A DNA stretch of 32,000 nucleotides, taken from SAR324 cluster bacterium. GTDB lineage: Bacteria > SAR324 > NAC60-12. Position numbers and translations under genes: made by a program. The notes under the pieces were generated by a model that saw nothing but the letters and a program-made list of their open reading frames with translations, was not told the origin of the DNA and ran no database searches. How positions within the stretch are numbered: the stretch's first letter is position 1; the number at the start of each line of letters is the position of its first letter. The stretch spans positions 1,402-33,401 of the forward strand of contig JADFZZ010000041.1 of the NCBI GenBank assembly GCA_015232315.1, given 5' to 3'. This document shows, one piece after another, positions 16,751 through 26,130 of this stretch.

Positions 16751-18660
16751 TTGTCCCTCCGAATGGTCAAGCGGCGGGTATCAAAATATTCCAGCAATTC
16801 CACAGCATGTTTTCGTCCAATATTCAGAAATTCCTTGAATTCAATCACACTGATGGTTTCATGCGTGGAAAAATAGTGTTCCAGTCTGGCAACAATGGCC
16901 TCCATCTGCCCTGACGTATAAAACAAATCCGGTGACACCCGAACCAGTTGTTTCTGGTGAGTTGCTTTTTTCAAAAAGGCGACGCCCTGTTTTTCAGCCA
17001 TTGCAAGATCCTGTAACAACTGGGTCTGACGCCGGGGTTGAAACTGGTCGGCTTCCAGCAGTGTGGTGCATCGGGCCAGTTGGTCCTCATAATCATCTGA
17101 AATTTGTATGGTATGGTCCGGCAACGCAAAATACTGATCCTGTTGCGCCAGTCGATTCTGCCGTGTCAGATATTTCAAGACCGATTCCACTTCTCTGGTG
17201 TCTTTGAACAGCAGTGAAACCTTACCGCCGATTTCAACTGCGGTCATTCCCGCCAGATCAGGATGTTTCTGATGATGAGCCGCGATCACACGCACCAGAA
17301 ACTCTGCCATTTTATGGAGATGTTCCACATGAATATACCGGGTTGCCTCCGTGGTGATACCAATGATTTTTTGAGAACTTCTTAATTTTTGCAATATGCC
17401 ATCGGCTCGCCGGGAAGAAAGTCCGCTTCTCACCATAAAATCTTTTTCTGTGACACCCTGAATGGATTGCAGATACACCACAGTTTCCCCGATTTCTTCA
17501 TCAGAGCCATGGACCAATAATCGCATTTTATCTGTTTGTGCCTGACGGATCCTTCGGGATTTTCCGGGAAATGGATCAATCACTTTTCCTCCGCCTATGG
17601 TGAATTGCGCATTGAAATTCCGGATGATGAAGCGGTCACCTGTCCGACTGCTCACCTGTTTTTCCAAACGAAGCTGAACGAGGGAACGCTCACCCGGATT
17701 GATCAGATCCCGGTCAAACAGGACCAACTTCCCCATCACTTCAGCGGTTCCCAGATAAACTCTCACCCGTGTATTGTGAGCCACCCCGGCAGGAATATCT
17801 TTCAATATTCTCAATTCGGCATTGAGCATGTAACTGGTCAGCAGTGTGCCTTCAGTCGCCAGTTGGTCCCCCCGTTGAATCTCATCTCTGGATAAATTTG
17901 AAATATTGAGGGCCGCACGTTGACCCGCACGGATTTCATCCTGAGACTGGCCATGAACCTGAAATCCACGGACACGGACTATTTGCCCTGAGGGAAATTG
18001 TGTCAGAGGAACCTCTTTGCGCACTCTTCCTGAAACGACCGTTCCGGTCACCACCGTGCCAAAACCCTTGACAGAAAACGACCGATCCACATTCATTCGG
18101 AAGGGGTGATCGACATGACGGGGGGTGAGTTTTTTATATAATTTTTCCAACTGCGTTTTCAACGCCTCCAGACCTTCGCCGGTTTTGGCGGAAACAGGGA
18201 CCATCGGTGCGGCTTCCAGGAAGGTATCCTTCACCGTTTCCCTGACTTCCTCAGCGCATAAATCGCGCATTTCAGGGTCTGCAAGATCGCTCCGTGTCAG
18301 CACAATCAGCCCCTGCCTGACACCCAGCAAATCACAGATCGCCAGATGCTCACGGGTTTGAGGCATCACCCCTTCATCGCAGGCAACGACCAGTAGTAGG
18401 GCATCAATTCCTGAAACCCCGGCAAGCATGTTGTGAATAAACTTTTCATGCCCCGGCACATCAATGAACGCAAACCGGGTTCCCAACGCATCCTGATAAT
18501 GGGCAAAACCAAGATCAATCGTGATTCCTCGGCGTTTTTCTTCGGCCAGAACATCCGTATCTGTTCCGGTCAGTGCTTTGACCAGTGTGGTTTTCCCATG
18601 ATCAATATGCCCGCCGGTTCCAATCACATAATAACCCGAAATGTCAGTATCAGATGCCAT
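16717..18660 (-). CDS. selB: selenocysteine-specific translation elongation factor SelB
   Basis: N-terminal GTPase [41 protein letters not shown], then DVPGHEKF and TRSD. Its 647-aa length includes the long C-terminal winged-helix extension characteristic of bacterial SelB. Confidence 0.9.
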   Translation of the reverse strand: MASDTDISGYYVIGTGGHIDHGKTTLVKALTGTDTDVLAEEKRRGITIDLGFAHYQDALGTRFAFIDVPGHEKFIHNMLAGVSGIDALLLVVACDEGVMPQTREHLAICDLLGVRQGLIVLTRSDLADPEMRDLCAEEVRETVKDTFLEAAPMVPVSAKTGEGLEALKTQLEKLYKKLTPRHVDHPFRMNVDRSFSVKGFGTVVTGTVVSGRVRKEVPLTQFPSGQIVRVRGFQVHGQSQDEIRAGQRAALNISNLSRDEIQRGDQLATEGTLLTSYMLNAELRILKDIPAGVAHNTRVRVYLGTAEVMGKLVLFDRDLINPGERSLVQLRLEKQVSSRTGDRFIIRNFNAQFTIGGGKVIDPFPGKSRRIRQAQTDKMRLLVHGSDEEIGETVVYLQSIQGVTEKDFMVRSGLSSRRADGILQKLRSSQKIIGITTEATRYIHVEHLHKMAEFLVRVIAAHHQKHPDLAGMTAVEIGGKVSLLFKDTREVESVLKYLTRQNRLAQQDQYFALPDHTIQISDDYEDQLARCTTLLEADQFQPRRQTQLLQDLAMAEKQGVAFLKKATHQKQLVRVSPDLFYTSGQMEAIVARLEHYFSTHETISVIEFKEFLNIGRKHAVELLEYFDTRRLTIRRDNHRVWGSQTKS

Positions 18661-19450
18661 GAGTCACGCCTTGAACAGATTCAATCTGGAAATGAAAGGT
18701 TTGCGGCCTTTTTTTTATTTGTATTGGAGAATGGTTTTTTTCATGAAACGAGACGTTCCCTTCCTGATCCATGAGAATCACTGTGGAGGTACGGGTTCCA
18801 TACAACGGAGTTTTGATGAAAAGGGGAGACAGTAGCCGTTCCATATGGATTCCAATGCCCGTGTCAGGCAGTTGTTCATCAGGAAAACCAGACGGATCTT
18901 CCAGAATCGCAAACAGATCCCGCACCTCAAACCGTTCCTGATGAAGCAGTTGTGACAAACGTTGTTTTCCTGCCAGAACCTTGGGCCAGGGTGAATCAAG
19001 CAGATGGTTGCTGAGTCCATACATTCCCGCAGACAGCGTTGACACCTCAGCAGTTCGGTTGGAGACATACATGATTTCATTTCCGGCAGAACTGATCTGC
19101 CCAATCAACAGATTGAAACCGTCATACTGTTGCCTGTTTCTGTTCACACGATCGACATATTCCGCAACAGAAGCTGACGCCTGAAGAAAATCCCGAACCA
19201 GCAGACCTCGACTGAACAATTTTTTGGAGGGCACTATTTCACGATAGTTGGTAATGATGGCAAATTTTCCCTGCCGGGTCACCCCAAGCCAGGTGCCGCC
19301 TGCTTTTTTATCTTTTCCAGCCAATAGATCGGGAAACTCTTTCCAGTAATGAGCCTTCACCGAAGGCCGATGAAAAAACTCATCCCGATTGGAGAGCAAT
19401 ATGAAGGGAAAGCCGGAATGCTGCTGAGAAACAAGAAACAGAACACACAT
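18650..19450 (-). CDS. NRDE-family protein (DUF833 / TANGO2-like)
   Basis: Starts MCVLF (conserved N-terminal Cys2) and contains the eponymous LLSNRDEF motif and GGTWLGV. Its stop (18650-18652) lies 11 nt inside selB. Confidence 0.8.
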   Translation of the reverse strand: MCVLFLVSQQHSGFPFILLSNRDEFFHRPSVKAHYWKEFPDLLAGKDKKAGGTWLGVTRQGKFAIITNYREIVPSKKLFSRGLLVRDFLQASASVAEYVDRVNRNRQQYDGFNLLIGQISSAGNEIMYVSNRTAEVSTLSAGMYGLSNHLLDSPWPKVLAGKQRLSQLLHQERFEVRDLFAILEDPSGFPDEQLPDTGIGIHMERLLSPLFIKTPLYGTRTSTVILMDQEGNVSFHEKNHSPIQIKKRPQTFHFQIESVQGVTHGI

Positions 19451-19545
19451 TGAAGGTCAAAGGAGGTAAAAGGTTAAAGGGGAAAGGTCAAAGGGTAAAG
19501 GTTGAAGGCGATGAGAATGAGACGGGGGGAAGGGAAAAGGAGGTG
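19451..19545 (-). repeat. degenerate CCTTT-type pyrimidine-rich tract forming the leader of the NRDE-selB operon
   Basis: The plus strand carries ten AAGG cores in 95 nt (tgAAGGtcaAAGGaggtaaAAGGttaAAGGggaAAGGtcaAAGGgtaAAGGttgAAGG...gAAGGgaaAAGGaggtg). On the coding (minus) strand this reads as CCUUU repeats that include CACCUCCUUUU and UACCUCCUUUG. Confidence 0.6.
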
Positions 19546-19574
19546 AAGATTCAAGAGTGTGGTTCTTGAATCTT
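19546..19574 (-). terminator. stem-loop terminator downstream of the OmpA-like gene (possibly bidirectional)
   Basis: Perfect 11-bp stem AAGATTCAAGA / TCTTGAATCTT with a 7-nt loop, starting 37 nt after the stop at 19611. Moderately U-rich sequence follows it on both strands. Confidence 0.45.
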
Positions 19575-19610
19575 GTTTCTTTCCCTTGAGGAGATTCCAT
19601 CAACCGTGGC

Positions 19611-20675
19611 TTATAACGTATAAAGAACAAATTCAATGCGTCGGTTTTTCTTGCGCTGAGTATTGGACTCAGTCGCGGGCCTGTAAGAACTGTAACCTGC
19701 CGCGGAAATTCTGGAAGGGTCCACAAAAGCGCTGTCAATCAGATAGCGCACCACATTGACAGCACGTGACGTTGACAGTTCCCAATTGGTTGGAAATTTT
19801 TCACGGGTATTTTTTCCCACAGGCAAATCATCAGTATGCCCGCTCACCTGAATATAAACCCCCGGTATTTCCTTCAGTCGATGACCAATCTGATTCAAAA
19901 TCCGAAAGCCTTCCGCATTGATAAAAGCTTCTCCTGAATCAAAAATCCGATGTTCTTCCACTCGCAAAATCACACGATTGCCTTCACTGAGAACGGTCAG
20001 TCGTTCCTGTTGGATCTCATTGCCAAACACTTGCTGAAGCTGAGCCTGGAAATCACCCTCCGGTATTGTTGCTGATTTTTCAGGTTTGGCGGGTTTGGGC
20101 TCCCGTGAAAGCGTGTTTTGCAGAGACTGTTTTTCTGTCGCCAGAATTTCGATCTGATTGGTGAGATAATCAATTTCCTGATTCAGTGCCTTGATTTTTT
20201 CTTCCTGGTCTTTGGTGGCTTTTTTCAACTGCATGTTGGCCTGATGCGCGGCATTGATCTGTATTTCCAGATCCTGCTGTCGCTGATGCAAGGCTGTCGC
20301 GGCTTCTTCAACCGCCTGTTTTTTGATCTGAATTTCGGCTTCAGCATCCTGTTGGGTCGCCTGAATAGTGGTCAACTGATCCTGATGCAGTTTCAGTTCC
20401 TGTTCTTTCTGTTCCAGCAATTGTGCTGTTTTCTGCTGTTCAATTTGCAGGGCTTCAATTTTTGTCTGTTGAGCCGCAAGTTGCTGGTCGGATGTCTGTT
20501 TTTCAGTTCGGAGTTGCTTGAGTTCATTCTCTTTGCCGGCAATTGTTTTCTTATAGTTTTCAGCTTCATTCACCTTGGCCGTGTACTCTTCCTGACTGGG
20601 TCCGCAGCCTGCAAGGCTGAGCCATAACGCGATAACCAGCCACACCCCTCTTTTTCCATTCCTCCTCATAATCAC
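19611..20675 (-). CDS. OmpA/MotB-domain lipoprotein with long Q/E-rich coiled-coil
   Basis: Signal peptide with lipobox (LSLAGC). About 170 aa of heptad-like Q/E/K-rich sequence. C-terminal OmpA_C-like domain (VSGHTDDLPVG...NWELSTSRAVNVVRYL...NRRIEFVL). AAAGGAG Shine-Dalgarno upstream. Confidence 0.85.
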   Translation of the reverse strand: MIMRRNGKRGVWLVIALWLSLAGCGPSQEEYTAKVNEAENYKKTIAGKENELKQLRTEKQTSDQQLAAQQTKIEALQIEQQKTAQLLEQKEQELKLHQDQLTTIQATQQDAEAEIQIKKQAVEEAATALHQRQQDLEIQINAAHQANMQLKKATKDQEEKIKALNQEIDYLTNQIEILATEKQSLQNTLSREPKPAKPEKSATIPEGDFQAQLQQVFGNEIQQERLTVLSEGNRVILRVEEHRIFDSGEAFINAEGFRILNQIGHRLKEIPGVYIQVSGHTDDLPVGKNTREKFPTNWELSTSRAVNVVRYLIDSAFVDPSRISAAGYSSYRPATESNTQRKKNRRIEFVLYTL

Positions 20676-20714
20676 TCCTTTTTGTCTTTTTTTGAAATTA
20701 CCTTGTGTGATCCC

Positions 20715-21674
20715 TTATGAAAACTGCTGATCAAACGCATGAATGAAGGCCTTTAACTGTTCGGCTGGTAACTGATTGATGCCCGCGGCTTTGGCCCGTC
20801 CACCACCTGTTGGAAATTGCCGACACAAAAGATCCGCGCCGACGGGTGCTGTCTGTGGAGCACGAACACTCACCATCCATGAACCATCATGATTTTCTAC
20901 AAGCAAGGCTTGAGCCTGTTCAGGATATTTACGGGACATTTCATTGTTATACACACCGGCTATCCGTTTGGCCCAAGCTTCTGAGGGAAAGCAGACAATC
21001 CGTCCTGTTCCCTCATGCGGTAATGCCCCGAACGACAGGGCCAGTTCCCGATCCTGCTTAAAACCTGACCTCAGTCTGGAAATTGTTTCCGAGTTTTCTA
21101 TAAAATCGCCGGGATGTTCATAGGGCACAAGGCTCAGATATAATTGATCCGGAGATAAATGAAGATCTTCCAGGGATTCACCATAACCATTGTAATTGAT
21201 CAACTCACCCAGTTCTCTGAGGCTTGCTGTATGTGACTCCGATAACCCCAGGTCTGTTGCCAGTTTATGAGCAGATTTATGCAGATTATCTCCGAACGCG
21301 GCAACAATAGCCCATTCCCGATAGGTTCCTCCGAGATAACGATCCACCAGCAGACTGGTGCACAAATCAGGGTCCATGTCCAGATGCGTGTTCAAATGAG
21401 CGCTTACAGGAATTTCCCCATGATAATGATGATCAAAATAGAGAATGTTGTTTTCCTGTTTCAGCAAAGCATTCAATGCATCCCGGTTCGCATCCAGTGA
21501 AATATCCAGCACCACAATATCAGCATGTGTGACATGTTTAATTTTTTCCAGCAAACCAATGTCACGTTTGACACCTGTAATCAGCAAACTGGAAGCCGGT
21601 TGCGCCAGACGAAGCTGATGCAGGGCACAAATTCCATCCGCGTCACCATTAAAAACATCAATTTTTTGAATCAT
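20715..21674 (-). CDS. DHH/DHHA1-family phosphoesterase
   Basis: Motifs FNGDADGICA (DxD), ILYFDHHYHG (DHH) and C-terminal FPTGGGRAKAAG (the DHHA1 GGGH-type motif). Confidence 0.7.
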   Translation of the reverse strand: MIQKIDVFNGDADGICALHQLRLAQPASSLLITGVKRDIGLLEKIKHVTHADIVVLDISLDANRDALNALLKQENNILYFDHHYHGEIPVSAHLNTHLDMDPDLCTSLLVDRYLGGTYREWAIVAAFGDNLHKSAHKLATDLGLSESHTASLRELGELINYNGYGESLEDLHLSPDQLYLSLVPYEHPGDFIENSETISRLRSGFKQDRELALSFGALPHEGTGRIVCFPSEAWAKRIAGVYNNEMSRKYPEQAQALLVENHDGSWMVSVRAPQTAPVGADLLCRQFPTGGGRAKAAGINQLPAEQLKAFIHAFDQQFS

Positions 21675-21719
21675 TCTACCACATAGACGATTATTTCAAA
21701 CACAGCCCTCTGTGTCTGA

Positions 21720-21848
21720 CTATCCATTCATTAGCAAAATCTGAATAACAAGAGCAACGATAAAAAGTATAATTCCGGTAAGAACTAAATGCACTGGATG
21801 AATCGATCCATTCTGATGATCCAGAGAATCTGTGTCATAATTTTTCAT
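21720..21848 (-). CDS. candidate 42-aa single-pass membrane peptide (not in ORF track)
   Basis: Hand translation of the minus strand gives MKNYDTDSLDHQNGSIHPVHLVLTGIILFIVALVIQILLMNG*. AGGAG lies 5 nt upstream of the ATG (TCAGGAGTTTTCATG). It has a polar N-terminus and one about 20-residue hydrophobic helix, and sits between aroC and the DHH gene on the same strand. Confidence 0.4.
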   Translation of the reverse strand: MKNYDTDSLDHQNGSIHPVHLVLTGIILFIVALVIQILLMNG

Positions 21849-21978
21849 GAAAACTCCTGAATTTTTAAAATCAATAGACCCCTTCAGGTATGGGATTACT
21901 CCTCCCCTGGCCGCTTATTACACGAAATATGGAATTAAGGCAGTTCGATATTTGCAAGGAAGGAACCAAATCTGGATT

Positions 21979-23073
21979 TCAAATGGAAAGGTTCTGATTT
22001 TTTTTACTGAGGTTTCTTAAAAAATGATCGACCAGCACAAGGTTGATCATGGCTTCCACAATGGGAACAGCGCGGGGAAGGACACAGGGATCATGTCTCC
22101 CCTTGGCCTTGAGTTTGACGGGAATACCCTCTCGGGTGACGGTATCCTGCTCGAAGTTGATGGTTGCGGTGGGTTTGAACGCGACACGCAAATAAATTTC
22201 TTCACCGTTGGAAATGCCACCTTGAATTCCACCGGAATTGTTGGTGCGGGTATGAATCTGACTGTCACGCATGATAAACGCGTCATTGTGTTCTGAGCCC
22301 TTGAGAAAAACTGAATCAAAACCCAAGCCAAACTCAATCCCCCGGGTTGCCGGAATGGACATAATCGCTTTGGCCAGATCGGCAGTCAATTTGTCAAACA
22401 CAGGTTCGCCGAGTCCAGCGGGAACATTGCGCACCACTGCGCCAATGACTCCGCCGACACTGTCACCGGACATCCGCGCATGATCAATGCATTCATACAT
22501 CAACGAAGCGGCTTCCTGATCCGGACAGCGTACCGGATTCCCTTCGATCTGTTCAAACGTAACCCGTGACGGATCAATGTTGGCTTTGATATCAAATATT
22601 TGTTGTACCCAGGCCAACGTTTGCAGACCGCAACACTGGTGAAGAATTTTTTTCGCGATAGCACCGGCCGCCACACGTCCAATGGTTTCACGAGCGCTGG
22701 AACGCCCGCCACCCTGCCAGTTGCGCAAACCATATTTTTGTTCAAAGGTATAATCCGCATGACTGGGACGAAACAGATCTTTCATTTCATCATAGGCACC
22801 GGGGCGGGCGTCTTCGTTCATGACAGCGATTGAAATCGCGGTTCCCAGGGTTTTCCCTTCAAAAACTCCAGATAAAATCGCGGCTTGATCCTGTTCCTTG
22901 CGTTGTGTCGTGATTTTGCTCTGTCCCGGTTTCCTGCGATCCAGGTCATGCTGTATGTCCGCTACTGATAAGTCCAGTCCTGCCGGGCATCCATCAATCA
23001 CTACACCGACACCACCTCCATGGGATTCCCCCCAGGTTGTAATCCGAAATAAATGTCCAAAACTGTCGCCCAT
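21979..23073 (-). CDS. aroC: chorismate synthase
   Basis: [30 protein letters not shown]..., RPSHADYT and [10 protein letters not shown] are hallmark AroC motifs. Start set at ATG 23073 (AGGAAAGAG upstream); the 24-codon upstream extension in the ORF track has no homology-like content. Confidence 0.93.
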   Translation of the reverse strand: MGDSFGHLFRITTWGESHGGGVGVVIDGCPAGLDLSVADIQHDLDRRKPGQSKITTQRKEQDQAAILSGVFEGKTLGTAISIAVMNEDARPGAYDEMKDLFRPSHADYTFEQKYGLRNWQGGGRSSARETIGRVAAGAIAKKILHQCCGLQTLAWVQQIFDIKANIDPSRVTFEQIEGNPVRCPDQEAASLMYECIDHARMSGDSVGGVIGAVVRNVPAGLGEPVFDKLTADLAKAIMSIPATRGIEFGLGFDSVFLKGSEHNDAFIMRDSQIHTRTNNSGGIQGGISNGEEIYLRVAFKPTATINFEQDTVTREGIPVKLKAKGRHDPCVLPRAVPIVEAMINLVLVDHFLRNLSKKNQNLSI

Positions 23074-23259
23074 AATCTCTTTCCTGAGTATTTTAAGTTT
23101 GCTGAAATTTTTAACGGAGTTTATTTTTTCCCGATGAAGACGCAAGCCCTATAGGGATTTTTTTTCGAGAGAAAGTGATAGAATTATTGCTATAGCCTTT
23201 TAGATTTGTTAGTTGGTTTTACAGAAGACGAATAAACAACTTATTTTTAAAAAACGCAC

Positions 23260-26118
23260 ATGGCTTCAGCTCCTCCCAATAATCCATCAGTTCAGAAACC
23301 TGTCAGAAATATGCATCCGATCGGCGTGCATCTGGCTCGGGCCTACAACACCAACGTGAAACTCGGCTTTTTATTGAACAATAAAAAATCCATCATGGGC
23401 AATTCGCAGACAGGTTTTGCCTTGCAGCCATCGGCCATAAAAAGATTGCGAAGTATTTACAAGGAAGATCCCTCCTTAAGTTTTCTTCCTGGAAAAATCA
23501 CTGAGCGTGAAGAAGATGAATCCCTGGCCGCCAAACTTTATTTCATCACGGGACAAAGTGTGCTGGAACACTTCAGTGATACTGTCAGACAATTCATCAA
23601 ACCCTTGATGATGGCCATCTCCCGTGCGAATGATGAGGATGACTCTGACGAAAATAAGGCTAAAATCATTCAGATGTTCAATGAACCCGTGGACACTAAA
23701 AATCCACAGTCGCCCACCCCCTTCAAACTGTTGCGGCAAGTACAGCAGGCACTGATGAACATGCGGCAGCGCATGCAGATGGAAGTTGATGTTTTTGGCA
23801 GAGTCAGAAAAGGATTGATCACTGACGAGGATTGTCAACACGCCCTGACCTCGTCCAATCTGCTTGAAGTCAAGGGGCGCATTGTCGCGGCTGAACCGAT
23901 TTTTCATATCCTGAAAACACTGCGTCAGATCAAGCAATCAGGCTTCCAGGGAGAATTTCACCCTAAAATCACTCTGGAACGGGCCATCACCAATCTTGAG
24001 AACTGGGGTCCGGGTACCCCTCCCCGAAAAATAGAACTCAGAGATCATCCCTCTGGCAACAAAATTCCTGTTCTAAATCAAAAACTGAAGGAACAGCTTC
24101 AGATCTTCGATGAATCCGCCGCAGAAATTCTTCAGCACACAATTGCGCCACAATCCTCTCAGGAAATGCTGGATTATGCGACGCAAATGCTTAAAAAAAG
24201 CTATGACCCTCTACCACAGCCTGAACCATCCGAAGACGAAGAATCGCCAGAACCTGAAACCGCACCCATGCCACGGGCTAACCCGTTGGATGTTGAAGAA
24301 ATCATCCAGTTCTATCAGCACCGTGAACCCGGAAACACAATTTTTCTGGTACAAGCCCTTCATTTTGAAACAGCGGTGCAAACCTATTTGAAAAAGGGAA
24401 TTCTAGGCTTGGAGCAAACCAAGGAATTGCGTGAAATCTTTGTAACCACACTGATTGATCTGACCTGCGCGATTGATCTGTTTCTGTCAGAAGGAGAAAA
24501 AATCTGCGACAGCATTCGGAACTTTACCTCCAAATCCGGAATCAACTCCAACGCTGGCGAGTTGGGGAATGTTGTCAATCCCGGGAAAAACACGCATCAC
24601 CTGCATTTCACTGACGCAATCTATGAATGGACCTGGGGTTATGTCAAAGTATTAAAAAAATATGTCATGCTCAATGAAGCGATTCGTGACAAAATCATCA
24701 CCGAAGCACAAACGATTGAAGACATCGCGTTTCTTGACACCAATGAAGCGATTGACCGCATCACCCAGCTTCAGTCGTTGACGAACGCGTTCATCAAGGG
24801 CTATATCTCTGAAGAACAACAGAAACGCTTTCTGGATTCAGAACAAACATCCACAGAGGAACTACAAAGTGTCGCCTCTTTTTTCACAGCCCTGGGCAAA
24901 TACAACTTTGAAAAACGCTGTATTGATTTCACCAGAGGCATTCTGGAGTTGATCAGCTACTATGAGCCTCTGATTGAAAAAGACCCCACTTTCAAAAAAA
25001 ACTTTTTTCCGGTCTTCAAGGAACTCAAGGAACTGGCGGCTGAATCATCCCATACCCAGATCATTCAGGATATGCTGTCCGGCGAATCCTACAAACGTAC
25101 TCCTGAAAGCATTTCACTGATCGTCCAGCGACTGGGACACGCCCTGGAACTCAAGTTGAAATATGAGGGCTTCGTCAAGGAATATGGTCCGAAAATACAG
25201 GATCTGAACAAGGCCTTGAAAAGTGGCTATGATTTTGATCTGTATAACAAGATTTTTTATGTTTCAGAAGACCCTGAGGCCCCCTCATTGCTGGGAATGC
25301 TGAATCTGGTCAATGGTTCTGAGGAAGCCTGTGATCTGAATATTTTTCATGATAATGACAACATTCTGTTCCGCAAATGCCTCCTCAATTCCTTCAAAAC
25401 CAATATCGTGGACGAAAGCAATGTGACAGATCTGATCGGAATGGATTATTTTGTGAGTATTCTGACACATTTCCAGATTATGTTCTTTCATGCACTGCGA
25501 AAAATATTGATTCTGGATGTGGAAACCCATCGTAATGAGGAAGGTAATAACTCTCTGGGCATCAAGAAAGAGCGCATTGAGGAAATGCGACAGGAATGTG
25601 AAGCAATCCTGACCAAGCAGATGCCTATCAGTTTGGCCCTCAAAAAACTGGAGGGCATCTGGCAATCCCTTGAGAAAAACAAAGTCATTGCCACCAACGC
25701 AAAAAGCATTGCCATGATGCAGCAGAAATGGGAAGGGAGCATCCCCGGCGGATCTTCCCTTCACCAACGCTTGAAAAGCAACCCCAACAACCGGGAAATG
25801 CTGGAGGACTATGCAACAAAAATGCGGGAAGCTATTCAAAAATATCAGAAGGATATGGAACAAATCGCCCAGCGTTTGCGTGACTGGAAAAATAAACAGG
25901 ATGATCTTCCCAGCCACATTCGTGAGTATCAGCGTCAAATTCTGATCATGGAACGTTCCATTGCCCAGACTGTGGAAGAAATCCGCGAACTCAACCCCAA
26001 AAATCGGGATGATCTGCTCCGGCAGGTTCAGGAGAAAAATATCCGTATTGCCAAATATCGGAAAACTTTAGAAAAATTCAAGAAAGACAACCCTCACGTC
26101 AATTTATCCATCCCCTGA
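23260..26118 (+). CDS. large hypothetical protein (952 aa, apparently all-helical, no recognisable domain)
   Basis: Uninterrupted 2.86-kb ORF and first gene of a tightly spaced plus-strand cluster. Acidic and coiled-coil-like segments but no enzymatic motif recognised. The start is uncertain: no Shine-Dalgarno before ATG 23260, 23311 or 23395. Confidence 0.7.
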   Translation: MASAPPNNPSVQKPVRNMHPIGVHLARAYNTNVKLGFLLNNKKSIMGNSQTGFALQPSAIKRLRSIYKEDPSLSFLPGKITEREEDESLAAKLYFITGQSVLEHFSDTVRQFIKPLMMAISRANDEDDSDENKAKIIQMFNEPVDTKNPQSPTPFKLLRQVQQALMNMRQRMQMEVDVFGRVRKGLITDEDCQHALTSSNLLEVKGRIVAAEPIFHILKTLRQIKQSGFQGEFHPKITLERAITNLENWGPGTPPRKIELRDHPSGNKIPVLNQKLKEQLQIFDESAAEILQHTIAPQSSQEMLDYATQMLKKSYDPLPQPEPSEDEESPEPETAPMPRANPLDVEEIIQFYQHREPGNTIFLVQALHFETAVQTYLKKGILGLEQTKELREIFVTTLIDLTCAIDLFLSEGEKICDSIRNFTSKSGINSNAGELGNVVNPGKNTHHLHFTDAIYEWTWGYVKVLKKYVMLNEAIRDKIITEAQTIEDIAFLDTNEAIDRITQLQSLTNAFIKGYISEEQQKRFLDSEQTSTEELQSVASFFTALGKYNFEKRCIDFTRGILELISYYEPLIEKDPTFKKNFFPVFKELKELAAESSHTQIIQDMLSGESYKRTPESISLIVQRLGHALELKLKYEGFVKEYGPKIQDLNKALKSGYDFDLYNKIFYVSEDPEAPSLLGMLNLVNGSEEACDLNIFHDNDNILFRKCLLNSFKTNIVDESNVTDLIGMDYFVSILTHFQIMFFHALRKILILDVETHRNEEGNNSLGIKKERIEEMRQECEAILTKQMPISLALKKLEGIWQSLEKNKVIATNAKSIAMMQQKWEGSIPGGSSLHQRLKSNPNNREMLEDYATKMREAIQKYQKDMEQIAQRLRDWKNKQDDLPSHIREYQRQILIMERSIAQTVEEIRELNPKNRDDLLRQVQEKNIRIAKYRKTLEKFKKDNPHVNLSIP

Positions 26119-26130
26119 AACAAGGACTGT

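Noticed and set aside
19457-19759. ORFs 19457-19738 (minus, 93 aa) and 19559-19759 (plus, 66 aa) across the purine/pyrimidine tract
   Set aside because: The 93-aa translation (..PFPFPPSHSHRLQPLPFDLSPLTFYLL) simply reads through the CCTTT repeat and overlaps the OmpA-like gene's 3' end. The plus-strand ORF needs a GTG 13 nt from the SD-like AGGAGGTG and is antisense to a real gene. I treat both as non-coding.
23074-23145. 24-codon N-terminal extension of aroC ([24 protein letters not shown])
   Set aside because: AroC N-termini begin right at M-x-x-x-F-G..., here ATG 23073 with AGGAAAGAG upstream. The extension is AT-rich promoter-like sequence.
23147-23165. CCCTATAGGG palindrome followed by T8, resembling a plus-strand intrinsic terminator
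   Set aside because: The stem is only 3-5 bp with essentially no loop, and no plus-strand gene lies upstream to terminate. It sits in the aroC / 952-aa-gene divergent promoter region, so it is more likely AT-rich promoter DNA. It may be worth a look in Term-seq data, but I do not call it.
23395-23412. Internal start MGNSQT in the 952-aa protein fits the eukaryotic N-myristoylation consensus (G2, T6). Together with the SPL-like enzyme, this hints at a host-targeted effector as in Legionella.
   Set aside because: The six-residue consensus is too weak to carry any weight. Nothing else in the window (no secretion system, no eukaryote-like domains) supports an intracellular lifestyle, and the true start codon is unknown.
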